Positions 47,501-58,238 of a DNA stretch of 64,000 bases are shown here, in pieces. The notes beneath the pieces are model-generated. The model searched no databases. It was not told the origin of the DNA and worked only from the letters and a program-made list of their open reading frames with translations. Where the stretch lies: positions 19,645-83,644 of the IMG/VR virus record IMGVR_UViG_3300002026_000017; one strand, written 5' to 3'. This DNA comes from a virus. Lineage: Duplodnaviria > Caudoviricetes. The translations under genes were made by a program, and so were the position numbers. Numbering within the stretch: position 1 is the first letter of the stretch; the number at the start of each line of letters is the position of its first letter.

Positions 47501-48695
47501 TAATTGTTATTGTTTCTTCTGGGTTTAATAAAGTTTTTTCTTTACCAATTTCAATAATATTGTTGTTGAAATTATTTGAAATATTTGCTCCTTCAGAAAA
47601 TTTACCTGTTCTTAAAAAATTATTTTGTATATCTGAAAATAATTTTGTATCACGAGAAACTTCTAAATCATTACCTAATTGCACTAATTTAGAAAATTTC
47701 AAATAATCTTTATGTAATTTTAATTCCGAAAATTCAGATGGATTTACTCCTGAATCTGATTTTAATATTAATTCATGTAGTGTATTTTTATAAATATTAG
47801 CGAAACGTTTTAAATTTTGTCTACCCTTATATCCAATTAAAATACCTGCATTTTCTGTATCTTGTAAAAATACAGCTGATGGAATATTACCAACTCCAGG
47901 AGCATAATCAGATGTTAATGTATCAGTACCACTAAGTGATAATGTACTCATTAATAAATTATAATATTTTTTCATTGAACCAAAAACAATGGTTCCATCA
48001 TTATCAATAGGAAATTCTATATTTGAATAACCAAAATATTTATGGTTATTCATTAATATACCTATATTACTATTAAATCCTGGAATATATGGACTATATA
48101 CACTTGAATTTATTAATGAAGATGTTATGAAAACATTATTTGTATCAGTATAATTTTTAGCGTAAGTTACATAACTTTCAAATGTATTTGAAAGATTATT
48201 AATTGTTTGATTGTTATTAACATAAAATTGAACATAATCTTCAATTTGTTGTTGTATATTATTTAATAAATTTGATTGTTCATTAAATGCAATACCTGTA
48301 TTCAAAAAAATCTCATCAACGGAATTATATGATAACATTATTGTATTATATAATACAACAACATCTTTATCAATTAATTCCGTAATATTTAATGCTAATA
48401 ATAATTTTTGTTTATTTGTAAATGTTAATAATTTGGTATTAATATAATTTATATCAATTTGATTAATTGATGATAATTCACCTGGAAATTGTTCTTGGAA
48501 TTTTTGCAAATTTATGAAGATAAATTTACTGCCTCGTAAACCTGGTAATCCGTTTAAACCAATACCTTTAATACCAGGAATACCTTTATATAATGGAGAA
48601 TTTTCTACAACAGCAAAATTCCTATTTATATCTTCAAGAAATTGTGTTATATCTTGAAATTCAATTTTTTTAAGTGTTTCAATTGGATTAGGCAT
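44574..48695 (-). CDS. Large baseplate/short tail fibre protein with four ~133-aa repeats, a tail-collar domain and three FN3/Ig-like C-terminal domains
   Basis: MPVGSIILW...FVVCDG...DKFVKG collar motif; repeats with VLVTD..G and LARKIN...YW; C-terminal units ending RLKAING, KIEALNG, RFKALNG. Confidence 0.75.
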   Translation of the reverse strand: MPNPIETLKKIEFQDITQFLEDINRNFAVVENSPLYKGIPGIKGIGLNGLPGLRGSKFIFINLQKFQEQFPGELSSINQIDINYINTKLLTFTNKQKLLLALNITELIDKDVVVLYNTIMLSYNSVDEIFLNTGIAFNEQSNLLNNIQQQIEDYVQFYVNNNQTINNLSNTFESYVTYAKNYTDTNNVFITSSLINSSVYSPYIPGFNSNIGILMNNHKYFGYSNIEFPIDNDGTIVFGSMKKYYNLLMSTLSLSGTDTLTSDYAPGVGNIPSAVFLQDTENAGILIGYKGRQNLKRFANIYKNTLHELILKSDSGVNPSEFSELKLHKDYLKFSKLVQLGNDLEVSRDTKLFSDIQNNFLRTGKFSEGANISNNFNNNIIEIGKEKTLLNPEETITINVSDIEKYKHYIENVLITDINGIVSKAYSLETTPINNSNISDLGLIDALTINSPNKILTSYYFGFLARKINAISNFCNTNYWRKNQFNTGEIPDLWLSNNLKVDRDVNLTNGQIITNRLQGKTFLNANELKISSKKINLSNFPNNVLVTDETGYILTDYYVENQNFPVNELNQGEMLSYLGESNVSILTTKYYGHLARKINQVYSDLYGNYWRKNQYDTFDIPNLSLSNDLIVKGNVIFKPNNIEVFKVDKLTNDVTIGSAATKTILSSNIIKLIQFVDKVLVTDNNGELLNQYYIEPIDFNNSELTENIVLSDIVGLNNDAIARAKHINFLAKKINSIITWVTDKYWSKIEFFTGVIPDLWLNNFLRVDTKISVGDINNPNIFAEGDDTKLGKTGGITKINGNQIFVENKIEKVLVTDVNSEILNDYFVETDLPISNTGVGGQTDIEIADDFWIKEPVGNTITPWQPFLNIPSNIYGFLTGRHFEHLVRHLKAIRSLIFDRPTYQEVNDMIGLNMPVGSIILWDMKLNHLFNPNQLNGGIPKCFVVCDGRMIPGTNIHTNNMIDKFVKGSLTPGIIGGNINHQYKLIGTDMFPHSHTIDPHTHEFTEIDPLNGAPVTFGWDNGLGHTWNLLLRSSAPNNSQTTNVTPATGTQTSFSIEPRSITAIYIMKFWNGSGIFPVTVMPPFANISIININNVLSCSVVFSLTDSTVTNINVEGSLDNGVTWNTLKISLVNISPITFTLPNNGDWEFRLKAINGDSSFTQGEYSNTIIQQVYAPFANINSISNIGLSAKLAYTKTDITVTSFNVIVTDLSTGTSQNYVPSEVTNYVIGVELPALGDYSFKIEALNGNPIITGNPTDNFSNTMNYSINSLFITPSEFVTIDNIYGLQDVNALIVDFTSTTNIGNTTLIDIQYKNSSNLWVTFKSSQVYSEYFQLTKSGIASITNQYNNKLFRFKALNGTLINTYSNEFLLSF

Positions 48696-48697
48696 TA

Positions 48698-51600
48698 TTA
48701 TTTTCTTTTAAAATTAAAGATAACATTTTCAAATCTAGTATTATAAAAACTTTTTGGTTTTAATTTAACCAAAAAATCTGATATTTCAAATTGTATTTTT
48801 TGTCCCAATTCATTTTTAACAGAATCAAGAAAATAAACATTTAATAACAACCATTTAATATATGTTTCTATTATATATGTATCAATATTATTATTAATAT
48901 TTGAAATATATTGTTCATTTTTATTGTTAATAATTGCTTCTTCAAGTAATAAAACATTTTTTAAATTATCAATTAAATTTATTTCTAAATTATTTACAGG
49001 ATATATTAAATTAAAATTAATTTCTTCTGTTTTTGTGTAAAGACTTGAAGTAATATTACCAACAACTTCTGAATAATTACATGTTGCATTAATATTTAAT
49101 CCTGAAAAATTATCATCATAAATATTAAATAATACATCTTTCCTATTAGTTGATATTGTTTTTTGAAATTCTAGTTCATTATCAATTAATTTAAGATATG
49201 GTAAATATGGACCATTATATCTATTTATTTTATTTATTTTATGGATATTATTCATTTTCCATATAACTGCATTTTCATTATTTTCAATAATATTTAATTT
49301 AATAAATTTATCATCTAATGGAGCTGAATTTTTTATTTCAATTGAATATATATTTGAATATTCATTTAATTGGGATAATAAAAAATCTCTTATTATATTT
49401 TGTGTTTGTTTTATTGTTGAATGTTTAAATCTAACATCAAATTTCAAAATATCCTGTATAATTTTCCATAATTGATTCCTATCAAATAATGATATTTTTG
49501 AATATGGAGTTGCTTTATCATCAAATGAATCAATATTAAATTTATTTAGCAATACAGCTAAATTCCATGTTGGATTTATAAATTCTGGAAATATGAAATA
49601 TTCTTGTGTTTGTGTAAAATTACTTTCTTCATCATAAATATTTTTTCTTACAATTTCAAAATAATATTTTTTTAATGATAATGGTAATGTTGAATTTATT
49701 AATTTGAATTGTTGTTGTGCTGAATCAACAATATATGTATTTATAACAGTATTATTTCCAAAAATTGTATTAATATTTTCAGGAAATGTATTTTGTAATG
49801 AATTAACATTAACTTTAAATATTTGATTTATAACTTGTGGATTATATTTATTAACAAAAAATTCCTCTGTATCAAAAAATTTAACTTCAATATCTTCACA
49901 CCATAAATAATCATTTGTTAAATCCCTTATTTCTTTAACAGTAAAAACCATCGATGTATAATAATGTGTTTCTCCAAGATATTCAACTGAAGAATAAACA
50001 TAAAAATCAATATTACCACTTTCAGGAAATAATTCTGTTAATGGTGCTGTAATAACAAACAAACTTCTTTTTAAACAAATATACCATTTATTTGTTATTT
50101 CATCAAAAACTCTCCAACCTTTAATAATTTGATTTTGATACATTACAGAAATTTCATCGTCACATAATAAAATACCTCCTGTTTTAAATGCGTATAATGA
50201 TTGTGAGTTTGTATTATGTGCTTCTTGAACAGAATAAAAAAATGATAAATCGATTAATGATTCATTTTCTATTTCAGCTCCCTTAAGCAAATCAATAAAA
50301 TCCAAATATTTATTTATCGATAAATAAATAGTTTTATTTTCATTATCGATTTCAAAATAATATTTTAATTCTATATGTGATTCATCTTGAAAATTCAAAT
50401 ATGTAGCAAATAGATAATTTTTATATTTTTGTGGTAAACGATATTTAACCCCTAAAAATATTGTTTCACAATATGATAAATTACCTTCATTTAATATTAA
50501 ACGTGATGTTAGTTTTGGTTTATCTGTAAAATACCTTAAATCTGAAATAGTATTTTCTAAATATTTAGGTGTTTGTGCTTTTATTAAAAACCAATGAAAT
50601 CTTATATCATCAGAATCAAGTAATTTATAATCTAAATTACCATTATATTCATAAAATTGTTTATCAAGATTTAAAATATTCGGTGTTAATAAAGCTGTTG
50701 TTCCAGGAGATGAAAATAAAATTGTTAATATATTAATATCATTTAATGATTGATTTTCATCTATTTTATTTTTATGTATTAATTCACCAGCATCATCTTC
50801 TGAAATATATTGGTAATTATCAGTAAATTTATTTATTTCATAATTTGAATTTATAACATCTTTACCATATTTTTCTTGTGCTATAATAGCTATTGGGTTA
50901 TCGAAATTTTCCTGTAAATTTTGAACATATTTAGTTTTATCATATTGTTTTTCAGATATTAAATTTGAATTATATGATAAATATGTTATTGGTTCAAGTT
51001 TTAATAATTTGGATATTTTATTTTCATAAATTTCTATATAATTAATATTTTGTATTAATAAATTATCAAAATTTTCCAATCTAATAAAAAATTCATCATC
51101 AAAATGAAAATATTTTATTACATTAAAAAATTGATTATTAATTAATACAGATTGATAAAGATTTTCATCATGTTGATTATTTATTAAAATATCTGAATCT
51201 GTTATTTGACAAAATTTTATTCTATCATCAATAAAAATAAATTTATTTGAAACAACAAAATAAAATTCTTCAATTAAATCATCAATTAAATTTGATTTAA
51301 TTGTAATTATATTATTTTTAACATTTGATGTGAAAACAAAATCATTGTTTGATAAATTTGTTAATTTATTTGAAATGAATCTTAAAGTTTCTCTAAGAGT
51401 TATTTTAATATCATTTGATAATATTGTATATTCAAAAAATACGCTATTATCCGGGTGTATTATTTTAATATAATCTCCAGGAGCAATATTATCAATTTTT
51501 AATCTTAATTGTGGTAATTTATTTTTAGGTCTGGAAATAGAATTAACAGAAATAATATCAATATATGGAATATCATTTATTTGATTTAATTGTTTTTCTT

Positions 51601-52405
51601 GTTTATATTCGATTTTATTTGTATATTCTTTTAATGAAACAGTTATTTTTGAAGTATCAAAATTTTGTTTATCTATAAATTCACCAATACTAAAAAATCC
51701 AAAAAAATTATTAAATGGGATTATATTATTAACATATTGAAATTCAAATTCTATATTAATAAATTTTGGAAATATTATTTTTTCGTTTTCAAATACATTC
51801 AATATCTTATTGTTTAATACTTCAAGATATGGTTGATTTGATAAATTATTTAATATAGTGAATGTTTTTTTAACATTAGTTTCTTCGATAATAGAATAAC
51901 CATTAATTGTTATATTACTATCATCTAAATTATAATTTAAAATATAATCATAAGTATTAGTTATTTCTTCAAAAATATCATATAATCCTATTTTTTTTAA
52001 ATCAACTAATAAAAGCAATTCATTATATTTATGTAAATCTGCTGAATTTGTTAATGTTTTATTTTCAATTCTTGAAACTTGAAAATATTTTGGTAATGTT
52101 TCAATATTATTTAGATATAAAGGGCAATGATATGTTAATTCCTTATCATATCTGAACCCACCATATTTTAATTTATTTTTATTTTCTAAAAAAGTTGAAG
52201 TTTTTAGAAAATTAGCTAATTGTGGTAAAAATTTATTTGATTTATCAATTTCAACACGTCTACCATTATAATCATCAAAATACAAAATATTATTTTTATT
52301 GATAAATATTTTGTATAAGCCAGAAAGTTTCACTGGAGCTATTGGTAATGCTCCAGTGAAAGATTCAAACTTATTAGTAGATATATTATTTGAAATATTA
52401 TTCAT
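48698..52405 (-). CDS. Large virion structural protein (baseplate wedge candidate)
   Basis: 1235 aa, Asn/Ile-rich, coupled with other giant structural genes. Confidence 0.55.
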   Translation of the reverse strand: MNNISNNISTNKFESFTGALPIAPVKLSGLYKIFINKNNILYFDDYNGRRVEIDKSNKFLPQLANFLKTSTFLENKNKLKYGGFRYDKELTYHCPLYLNNIETLPKYFQVSRIENKTLTNSADLHKYNELLLLVDLKKIGLYDIFEEITNTYDYILNYNLDDSNITINGYSIIEETNVKKTFTILNNLSNQPYLEVLNNKILNVFENEKIIFPKFINIEFEFQYVNNIIPFNNFFGFFSIGEFIDKQNFDTSKITVSLKEYTNKIEYKQEKQLNQINDIPYIDIISVNSISRPKNKLPQLRLKIDNIAPGDYIKIIHPDNSVFFEYTILSNDIKITLRETLRFISNKLTNLSNNDFVFTSNVKNNIITIKSNLIDDLIEEFYFVVSNKFIFIDDRIKFCQITDSDILINNQHDENLYQSVLINNQFFNVIKYFHFDDEFFIRLENFDNLLIQNINYIEIYENKISKLLKLEPITYLSYNSNLISEKQYDKTKYVQNLQENFDNPIAIIAQEKYGKDVINSNYEINKFTDNYQYISEDDAGELIHKNKIDENQSLNDINILTILFSSPGTTALLTPNILNLDKQFYEYNGNLDYKLLDSDDIRFHWFLIKAQTPKYLENTISDLRYFTDKPKLTSRLILNEGNLSYCETIFLGVKYRLPQKYKNYLFATYLNFQDESHIELKYYFEIDNENKTIYLSINKYLDFIDLLKGAEIENESLIDLSFFYSVQEAHNTNSQSLYAFKTGGILLCDDEISVMYQNQIIKGWRVFDEITNKWYICLKRSLFVITAPLTELFPESGNIDFYVYSSVEYLGETHYYTSMVFTVKEIRDLTNDYLWCEDIEVKFFDTEEFFVNKYNPQVINQIFKVNVNSLQNTFPENINTIFGNNTVINTYIVDSAQQQFKLINSTLPLSLKKYYFEIVRKNIYDEESNFTQTQEYFIFPEFINPTWNLAVLLNKFNIDSFDDKATPYSKISLFDRNQLWKIIQDILKFDVRFKHSTIKQTQNIIRDFLLSQLNEYSNIYSIEIKNSAPLDDKFIKLNIIENNENAVIWKMNNIHKINKINRYNGPYLPYLKLIDNELEFQKTISTNRKDVLFNIYDDNFSGLNINATCNYSEVVGNITSSLYTKTEEINFNLIYPVNNLEINLIDNLKNVLLLEEAIINNKNEQYISNINNNIDTYIIETYIKWLLLNVYFLDSVKNELGQKIQFEISDFLVKLKPKSFYNTRFENVIFNFKRK

Positions 52406-52412
52406 TTATTTT

Positions 52413-55400
52413 TTATGGTGTTATTGGGTTTGGATTATCATTTATAAATCCCGAAACAACAGAACTTACATTTAATGAACTTACAGGATTAACTTTTGGT
52501 TTTAATCTTGTTGATACATTTATATCAAATTTGAATATATTATTATTTATTAATAAATCAATACCTATTTTTTTTGAATATTCTAAAACATCATTTATTG
52601 TTGTTCCATTTTTACCATCAACTTTACCTAATCTATCCATCATTCTATATTCAAATACAAATGGAATAATTATTTCATTTCCAGCTGGTATTATTAGTGT
52701 AGATGTTGTTGAATTTCCTACAACACTAATTGAATTTGAATTTGATATAATTGGATATAAAAAAGCACCACAACTATTTTCACCAACAGTATAAAAATCA
52801 TTATCATTAAATCCTAAACAATTATTTAATGAATTAACTGAATCATTTTCTTCTTGGAAATTTTTCTGTTTTATAGATGAATTATATAATGATATTCTTT
52901 CAAATTCAGATAATAATGTATTATAATTATTTAAATCAAAATTTGGATGTTCTTTTGTAAATGCTATGAAATCATTATTAGCATTTGGTAATAATTTACA
53001 TAATTTAACATTATTGTCCAAACTATCTAAATAAAGAATATTTTTTGAACTTGATATTGCAGTTGCATCAATATAAATAGATGGTATTGATGTTGTTGTA
53101 TACAAGCCCCTAGTTTTAACAAGTTTAAAAATATCTTCATTTTGTCCTGTTATGTCAACATTTCGGAAATAAATTATTTGTTTGTTTGTTTGACCAAAAA
53201 GTGTACCAGTATTAGAATTTCTTTTTACTGGAACATTAAAATAATTTGGAAAATTATCTATATTCCATGTTGCTCCAGGAGCAAGAGATTTTAATTCTAT
53301 CGGTAATGTGTTATTATTTTTAATTTTGATAAATCCTTGTTTTCTAATTATACTACCATATTTGGTTGAATCTAATAAATTTATATTATCAGAATAATTA
53401 CCTGCAAATAATTCCATTGTTGTATTATTAATAACAGAATATTTTTCACCATTAAAATCTATTAATTCAACAGTTATATTTTTTACGGAATCTAAATTTT
53501 TAAGTATATTGATTTCATTTTTTAATGTATTTAAAAATACATTTAATGGAATATTTTTTTGCTCAGGACTAAAAAATCCTGATGCTATATCTTCAGCTTT
53601 ATGTAAAAATAATTTTTCTGCTTCTTGAACCTGATTAGATATATGTGATAAAACTCCTGAAGTTTTTAATATATTATTAAATTCTGATATTTTTAAATCA
53701 TCTTCATTTTTTGAAACAATAGTCGCTAAATTTGATTCAATTAAGTCACTTGGAAAATCAATTCTCAAAATATCTGACCATTCAGAAGTTTTAGGTGAAA
53801 TTGGATAACCAGCTTCAGATAAGGCACGAACTCTTAATTCTATTGATTCACCTTCATTAATAGGAATATTTACTTGATTTATATTAATATCATCAACACT
53901 ATCTAAAATTGGAGTTTCCCAAACCAATAATCCATTTGATTTTTCAACTTTTTTTAGTGTTCTTGATTCTAATGGATTCCAAGCTGAATAAGTTACAGAT
54001 ATTTCTTTACCATTATTTATCATTTTCATACTTGTATTTTCAACAGTATCAACATTTTTAGATAAATAACGATATTGTATATCGTATTTTATAATATTTT
54101 GTGCTTTGGTTGCTTGTGAAAAAATTGGTTGTTGAATTTCCCAACTACCAATAACTCTATATTTTGGTTTAACATTTTTTAATCCCGTTTCAATAGCATT
54201 ATTATCTAATTTTCTAGCTACTGTTAATAAATTTTGTTCAAGAATATTTTTAGCTTGTTTTAATTCGGAAGCTTTATTAATTCTAAATGTTTTTTCTTCT
54301 AATGATTTGAATTTTAATGTATCAATTTCATTTTGGACTTGGTCTATATTTGTTTGATTATATTCAAGTTTATTTTTTATTTTTTGTTTTTCGGAATTTA
54401 ATGCTTCTAATTCAGCTGAACTTTTTGAGTTTGTTAAATGTTTATTTATTTGAACTACTTTAAAATTAGAAGCATCAATATTTGGTTTTTCAGGTTCAAC
54501 ACCTAATGAATATGGAATATTAGTTTCTTTAATTATTGAATATAAATATTCTGAAAAATTTGTTACATAAGTATCAAAAAATTCATCTAATGAATATGTA
54601 TTGGAATCATAATTTACTTTATAAGTTGAAGTATCTAATTTAATACCAACACTTGGATAACCAATAATTTTTAAATTTTCTGTTGATAAAAATACAATTA
54701 ATTTTTTATTTGGTTGTACAGGTATTCCAACAATATTTGTTGATGAATCAATAATTTCATTAAATAATAATGAATCAATACCAACAGAAATATTATCTGA
54801 ACCAGCAATTCTAGTTAATTTTAATTTTTTTGTAAATAAATCAATTTCGTCAATCTGAAATTTAGCCATTCCATTTTTATTAACTAAAATATCTCCAATT
54901 TTTAAATCAATTGAATTTCCTAAAAAATTAATACCACTATATTTTGTATCTGATAATATTAAATTTACTGAATTTCCATTTGTTTGTACATCTGTAACAG
55001 TAAATTTTCCAAAATATTTTACTTTTTCTTTTTCGATAGATAATTTAATATTATCACCATTTTTATCACCATTAACAATAATAGTTCCTTGATTTATTAA
55101 ATATTGTAAATTTAATAATGTAGGACTTTCAGGTATTAATTCAAAACCATCAATTATTTCATATATTATTGCATTAATTTCTGTTTTTATATTAGAATCA
55201 ATAATAACAGGTATTTTAACATTTGGAAATACCATATTTTTAATTGTTGATGCTGTATCAACAATACATAAAGTATCATTATCTGTTAATGTAGCATCTA
55301 TTAAATTTGAACCAAATTTAAAATTTTCTAAATATTCAGTATTTATAAAAGATGTTTTAGTTATTTGTCCCAATGAACCATCAGAATTTACAATGTATGA

Positions 55401-55637
55401 AATATTATTTTCATTTAATAATGATATGAAATTACTATCAATTCTTGATAATTCATTAAGAATTTTTTGAAAACTATTTATATTCAAATTTTCTACAGTA
55501 CCATCTTTTTTCTTAATAGGAACGTTAATTGCAGATAAATTTGTTGCAGTAGCTTTTTGGAATCCAAGTAATAAATTATATGTATTTTCATAATATAATT
55601 CAATATTTGATAATATTATTTCGGCACTTGTTTGCAT
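52413..55637 (-). CDS. Large virion structural protein (baseplate candidate) with coiled coil and FN3-like domain
   Basis: 1074 aa; central coiled coil; ESIELRVRALSEAGYP...SEWS FN3-like end. Confidence 0.6.
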   Translation of the reverse strand: MQTSAEIILSNIELYYENTYNLLLGFQKATATNLSAINVPIKKKDGTVENLNINSFQKILNELSRIDSNFISLLNENNISYIVNSDGSLGQITKTSFINTEYLENFKFGSNLIDATLTDNDTLCIVDTASTIKNMVFPNVKIPVIIDSNIKTEINAIIYEIIDGFELIPESPTLLNLQYLINQGTIIVNGDKNGDNIKLSIEKEKVKYFGKFTVTDVQTNGNSVNLILSDTKYSGINFLGNSIDLKIGDILVNKNGMAKFQIDEIDLFTKKLKLTRIAGSDNISVGIDSLLFNEIIDSSTNIVGIPVQPNKKLIVFLSTENLKIIGYPSVGIKLDTSTYKVNYDSNTYSLDEFFDTYVTNFSEYLYSIIKETNIPYSLGVEPEKPNIDASNFKVVQINKHLTNSKSSAELEALNSEKQKIKNKLEYNQTNIDQVQNEIDTLKFKSLEEKTFRINKASELKQAKNILEQNLLTVARKLDNNAIETGLKNVKPKYRVIGSWEIQQPIFSQATKAQNIIKYDIQYRYLSKNVDTVENTSMKMINNGKEISVTYSAWNPLESRTLKKVEKSNGLLVWETPILDSVDDININQVNIPINEGESIELRVRALSEAGYPISPKTSEWSDILRIDFPSDLIESNLATIVSKNEDDLKISEFNNILKTSGVLSHISNQVQEAEKLFLHKAEDIASGFFSPEQKNIPLNVFLNTLKNEINILKNLDSVKNITVELIDFNGEKYSVINNTTMELFAGNYSDNINLLDSTKYGSIIRKQGFIKIKNNNTLPIELKSLAPGATWNIDNFPNYFNVPVKRNSNTGTLFGQTNKQIIYFRNVDITGQNEDIFKLVKTRGLYTTTSIPSIYIDATAISSSKNILYLDSLDNNVKLCKLLPNANNDFIAFTKEHPNFDLNNYNTLLSEFERISLYNSSIKQKNFQEENDSVNSLNNCLGFNDNDFYTVGENSCGAFLYPIISNSNSISVVGNSTTSTLIIPAGNEIIIPFVFEYRMMDRLGKVDGKNGTTINDVLEYSKKIGIDLLINNNIFKFDINVSTRLKPKVNPVSSLNVSSVVSGFINDNPNPITP

Positions 55638-55646
55638 AATTTTGTA

Positions 55647-56093
55647 TTATTTTGTATTAACCATTATTGGGTGTAATTCTCTTTCTATAAGTTCAAAAGC
55701 TATTGTTCTAAAATCAAATTTTTCATAAAATTTTTCAAGATTTTCAAGATTTAATTTTCCATTACCAAATGGAATAGCACTTAAAATTATATTTGAATAT
55801 TCTTTATTTTTCTTACAAAAAATAATAAACTTCTCCATTAAATATTTACCAATACCTTTATTTTGATGTTTTTCAATAACATCTAATATTTCTATATATG
55901 TTACTTTATTTTTTGGAAAATTTTCAATACAATTTTCATAATCCAAAACAGCACTAAAATATGTTGAAGCATTATCTATATATTGAAACATTATTTCACC
56001 TAATAATTCACCTTCATCATAACATCTAAAATAAATTCTTTTTGATTTTTTAAATTTATGTTTTTCAATTTTTATTTGATAATTATTTTTCAT
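55647..56093 (-). CDS. GNAT-family acetyltransferase
   Basis: IEILDVIEKHQNKGIGKYLM acetyl-CoA motif A; NLENLEKFYEKFDF motif B. Confidence 0.85.
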   Translation of the reverse strand: MKNNYQIKIEKHKFKKSKRIYFRCYDEGELLGEIMFQYIDNASTYFSAVLDYENCIENFPKNKVTYIEILDVIEKHQNKGIGKYLMEKFIIFCKKNKEYSNIILSAIPFGNGKLNLENLEKFYEKFDFRTIAFELIERELHPIMVNTK

Positions 56094-56532
56094 ATAACAT
56101 AATTGGTGCTACAAAGGATTCTTTATTTTTTAATTGCATAAAACCAAACTTAGTATAATAATTTGTTAATTTAATAACATTATCATCATAATTTTGCATG
56201 TTATCTGGAATTTCTTCAGGAACAACTATTAGTGAAATATATTCATATTTATCAGATTTATCAAAAATTTCTATAAGTTTTTTAATTAAAAATTCACCAA
56301 CACCTAAATTTCTGTATTTTTTATCAACTTTTAACATTTCTATGTGTAAATGTTTTGAATTTTTGTCTGTTAATTCATGAAAAATATTTTCATTATCATC
56401 GTTTTCAAAATATTTTTGTAAATCTTTTTCTTTTGAAAAATTAAGATACCCCATTTTGTTTTGTTTTTTAACATCTGAAAAACAAAACAAAATTATTTTA
56501 TCATCAGTTATTTTTTCATATCCCAAAACCAT
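56083..56532 (-). CDS. GNAT-family acetyltransferase
   Basis: IEMLKVDKKYRNLGVGEFLI motif A; KLTNYYTKFGF motif B. Confidence 0.85.
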   Translation of the reverse strand: MVLGYEKITDDKIILFCFSDVKKQNKMGYLNFSKEKDLQKYFENDDNENIFHELTDKNSKHLHIEMLKVDKKYRNLGVGEFLIKKLIEIFDKSDKYEYISLIVVPEEIPDNMQNYDDNVIKLTNYYTKFGFMQLKNKESFVAPIMLYEK

Positions 56533-56536
56533 AATA

Positions 56537-57328
56537 TTATCGACGTTTAAGAATTATATCACCAACACCTGAACCAGATTTAACAAGATTTTCAACTGTT
56601 TCAGCATCTTCTAAATTATTACATATTTCATCAGCTGAAACAGTTACATCACCTGGTAAATTAAATGTATGTCCTCCAATCAATCTTTTCAATTCTTTCT
56701 TAACATTAGCTAATACATGTCTTTCAAAAAAATTATCATTATATAAACAACTTATTTCATTATCAGCATAAACATCTAAAATCAAATTAGCTTTAGGTTT
56801 TTTCTTAATAATTAATTCATGTGTTGCTGGCGAAAAATCAAATGGTAATCTTGATGAAAATATCATATCAAATGTCCTAGCTTCAACAGATTTTATAGCT
56901 GATTCAATAATAAATAAATTATTATTTACAACAGAACCATACATATCATTTTGATTTCCAGCTTTTGCTGTATTATACATTGCAGCACTCATACTTGTAG
57001 GTCCTGAAATATTTGCCTCATAAATTTCCTTAACAATTCTAATTCTAGGATTTATTGTTAAAAATAATGTTGCAAAATTATCTGTACCTAAATAATCAAT
57101 TATATCTAATCTATTTATATAGTAATAGGATTGTCTCCAGGAATTTGAATAATATTTATAAAAAAATCTTGCTGATGATTTAATAACTTCAATTATCATT
57201 TTCTGTGGAATACTATATGGTAATTGCCCAAATAAAGTTATTTTGTTATGTATTGTATCAACAAATGCTTTGTCTATTGGAGACAAAGCATTTTCAGATG
57301 AACTAATATTATCAGAAACTATAGCCAT
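56537..57328 (-). CDS. gp13: Neck protein (gp13-like)
   Basis: FFERHVLANVKKELKRLIGGHTFNLPGDVTVSADEI resembles the gp13 C-terminal motif (LPGGVTLNG). Confidence 0.75.
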   Translation of the reverse strand: MAIVSDNISSSENALSPIDKAFVDTIHNKITLFGQLPYSIPQKMIIEVIKSSARFFYKYYSNSWRQSYYYINRLDIIDYLGTDNFATLFLTINPRIRIVKEIYEANISGPTSMSAAMYNTAKAGNQNDMYGSVVNNNLFIIESAIKSVEARTFDMIFSSRLPFDFSPATHELIIKKKPKANLILDVYADNEISCLYNDNFFERHVLANVKKELKRLIGGHTFNLPGDVTVSADEICNNLEDAETVENLVKSGSGVGDIILKRR

Positions 57329-57334
57329 TTTTGT

Positions 57335-57547
57335 TTATTTATTATTATTTAATATTTTTTTGGATATTGCTTCAATATTTTTTGGAGAAGCCCAAAACCA
57401 AGATAAAATAGAAGCACCAAATAATCTAATTAAATTTAGATAAACAGGGTCAGTTATGAATTTTTCTAATAACCCTAATTTTGTATCAAGCAAGCCACCT
57501 AATAAAAATCCTAAAAACATCCAATTTTTTTTAATCCAATTTTTCAT
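57335..57547 (-). CDS. Small membrane protein, holin candidate
   Basis: 70 aa, two hydrophobic segments, basic C-end; next to endolysin. Confidence 0.55.
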   Translation of the reverse strand: MKNWIKKNWMFLGFLLGGLLDTKLGLLEKFITDPVYLNLIRLFGASILSWFWASPKNIEAISKKILNNNK

Positions 57548-57583
57548 CTTAAATACGTTTTAATTTTTAAGTATTTTTTAGTA

Positions 57584-58225
57584 TTATGAATATTTGAAAT
57601 CATTTAATCTATTTATCCAACCATTGATAAATCTTTTTTGTGTATATTTTTGTAATTCTTTTCCGGTAGCTTTTCTACCAATTTTTTTCTCGTAAGTTTT
57701 TATAGAATTATCAACAATATCATTAAAAAATTTTACTCTAAGAGAAAATATTTTTTCAAATGTACCTTTTGCATCTTTTTCAATTAAATCATTTAATACG
57801 GATAAAGTTTGGTCACCAACCGAACCATCAGATTCAATATTTAATAAATCTCTTTGTGGAATAACAATACCCCATTTACCTGAACCCCAATACCAATCAA
57901 CTAAAATATTTGCTATTGATTGATTATTGATTTTATCTGCTTGCCATTTATCCCAATATTTCCTAAGTATTTTAGAAAAATCATTTGAATCTAAAAGTTT
58001 AATATCAGCATTTGTTATTATCCCATCACCATTTTTATCATACCCCATTAATTTCCAAGTAGCTATTGTTATACCCATATTAGTTGCTCCGCCTTTATCA
58101 GTTGGGTCATTAACATAACCAGCTTCCCATTTTGATACAATAGGTGCTAGTTTTTCTATATTTGAAATAGATTTAGCAACACGCTTATTTTGTATATTTT
58201 TAAAATCATTAAATTTATTTCCCAT
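57584..58225 (-). CDS. Endolysin, glycosyl hydrolase family 108 with PG-binding C-domain
   Basis: WEAGYVNDPTDKGGATNMGIT catalytic motif; VLVDWYWGSG; KRFINGWINR. Confidence 0.93.
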   Translation of the reverse strand: MGNKFNDFKNIQNKRVAKSISNIEKLAPIVSKWEAGYVNDPTDKGGATNMGITIATWKLMGYDKNGDGIITNADIKLLDSNDFSKILRKYWDKWQADKINNQSIANILVDWYWGSGKWGIVIPQRDLLNIESDGSVGDQTLSVLNDLIEKDAKGTFEKIFSLRVKFFNDIVDNSIKTYEKKIGRKATGKELQKYTQKRFINGWINRLNDFKYS

Positions 58226-58238
58226 TTATTATTTGTTT

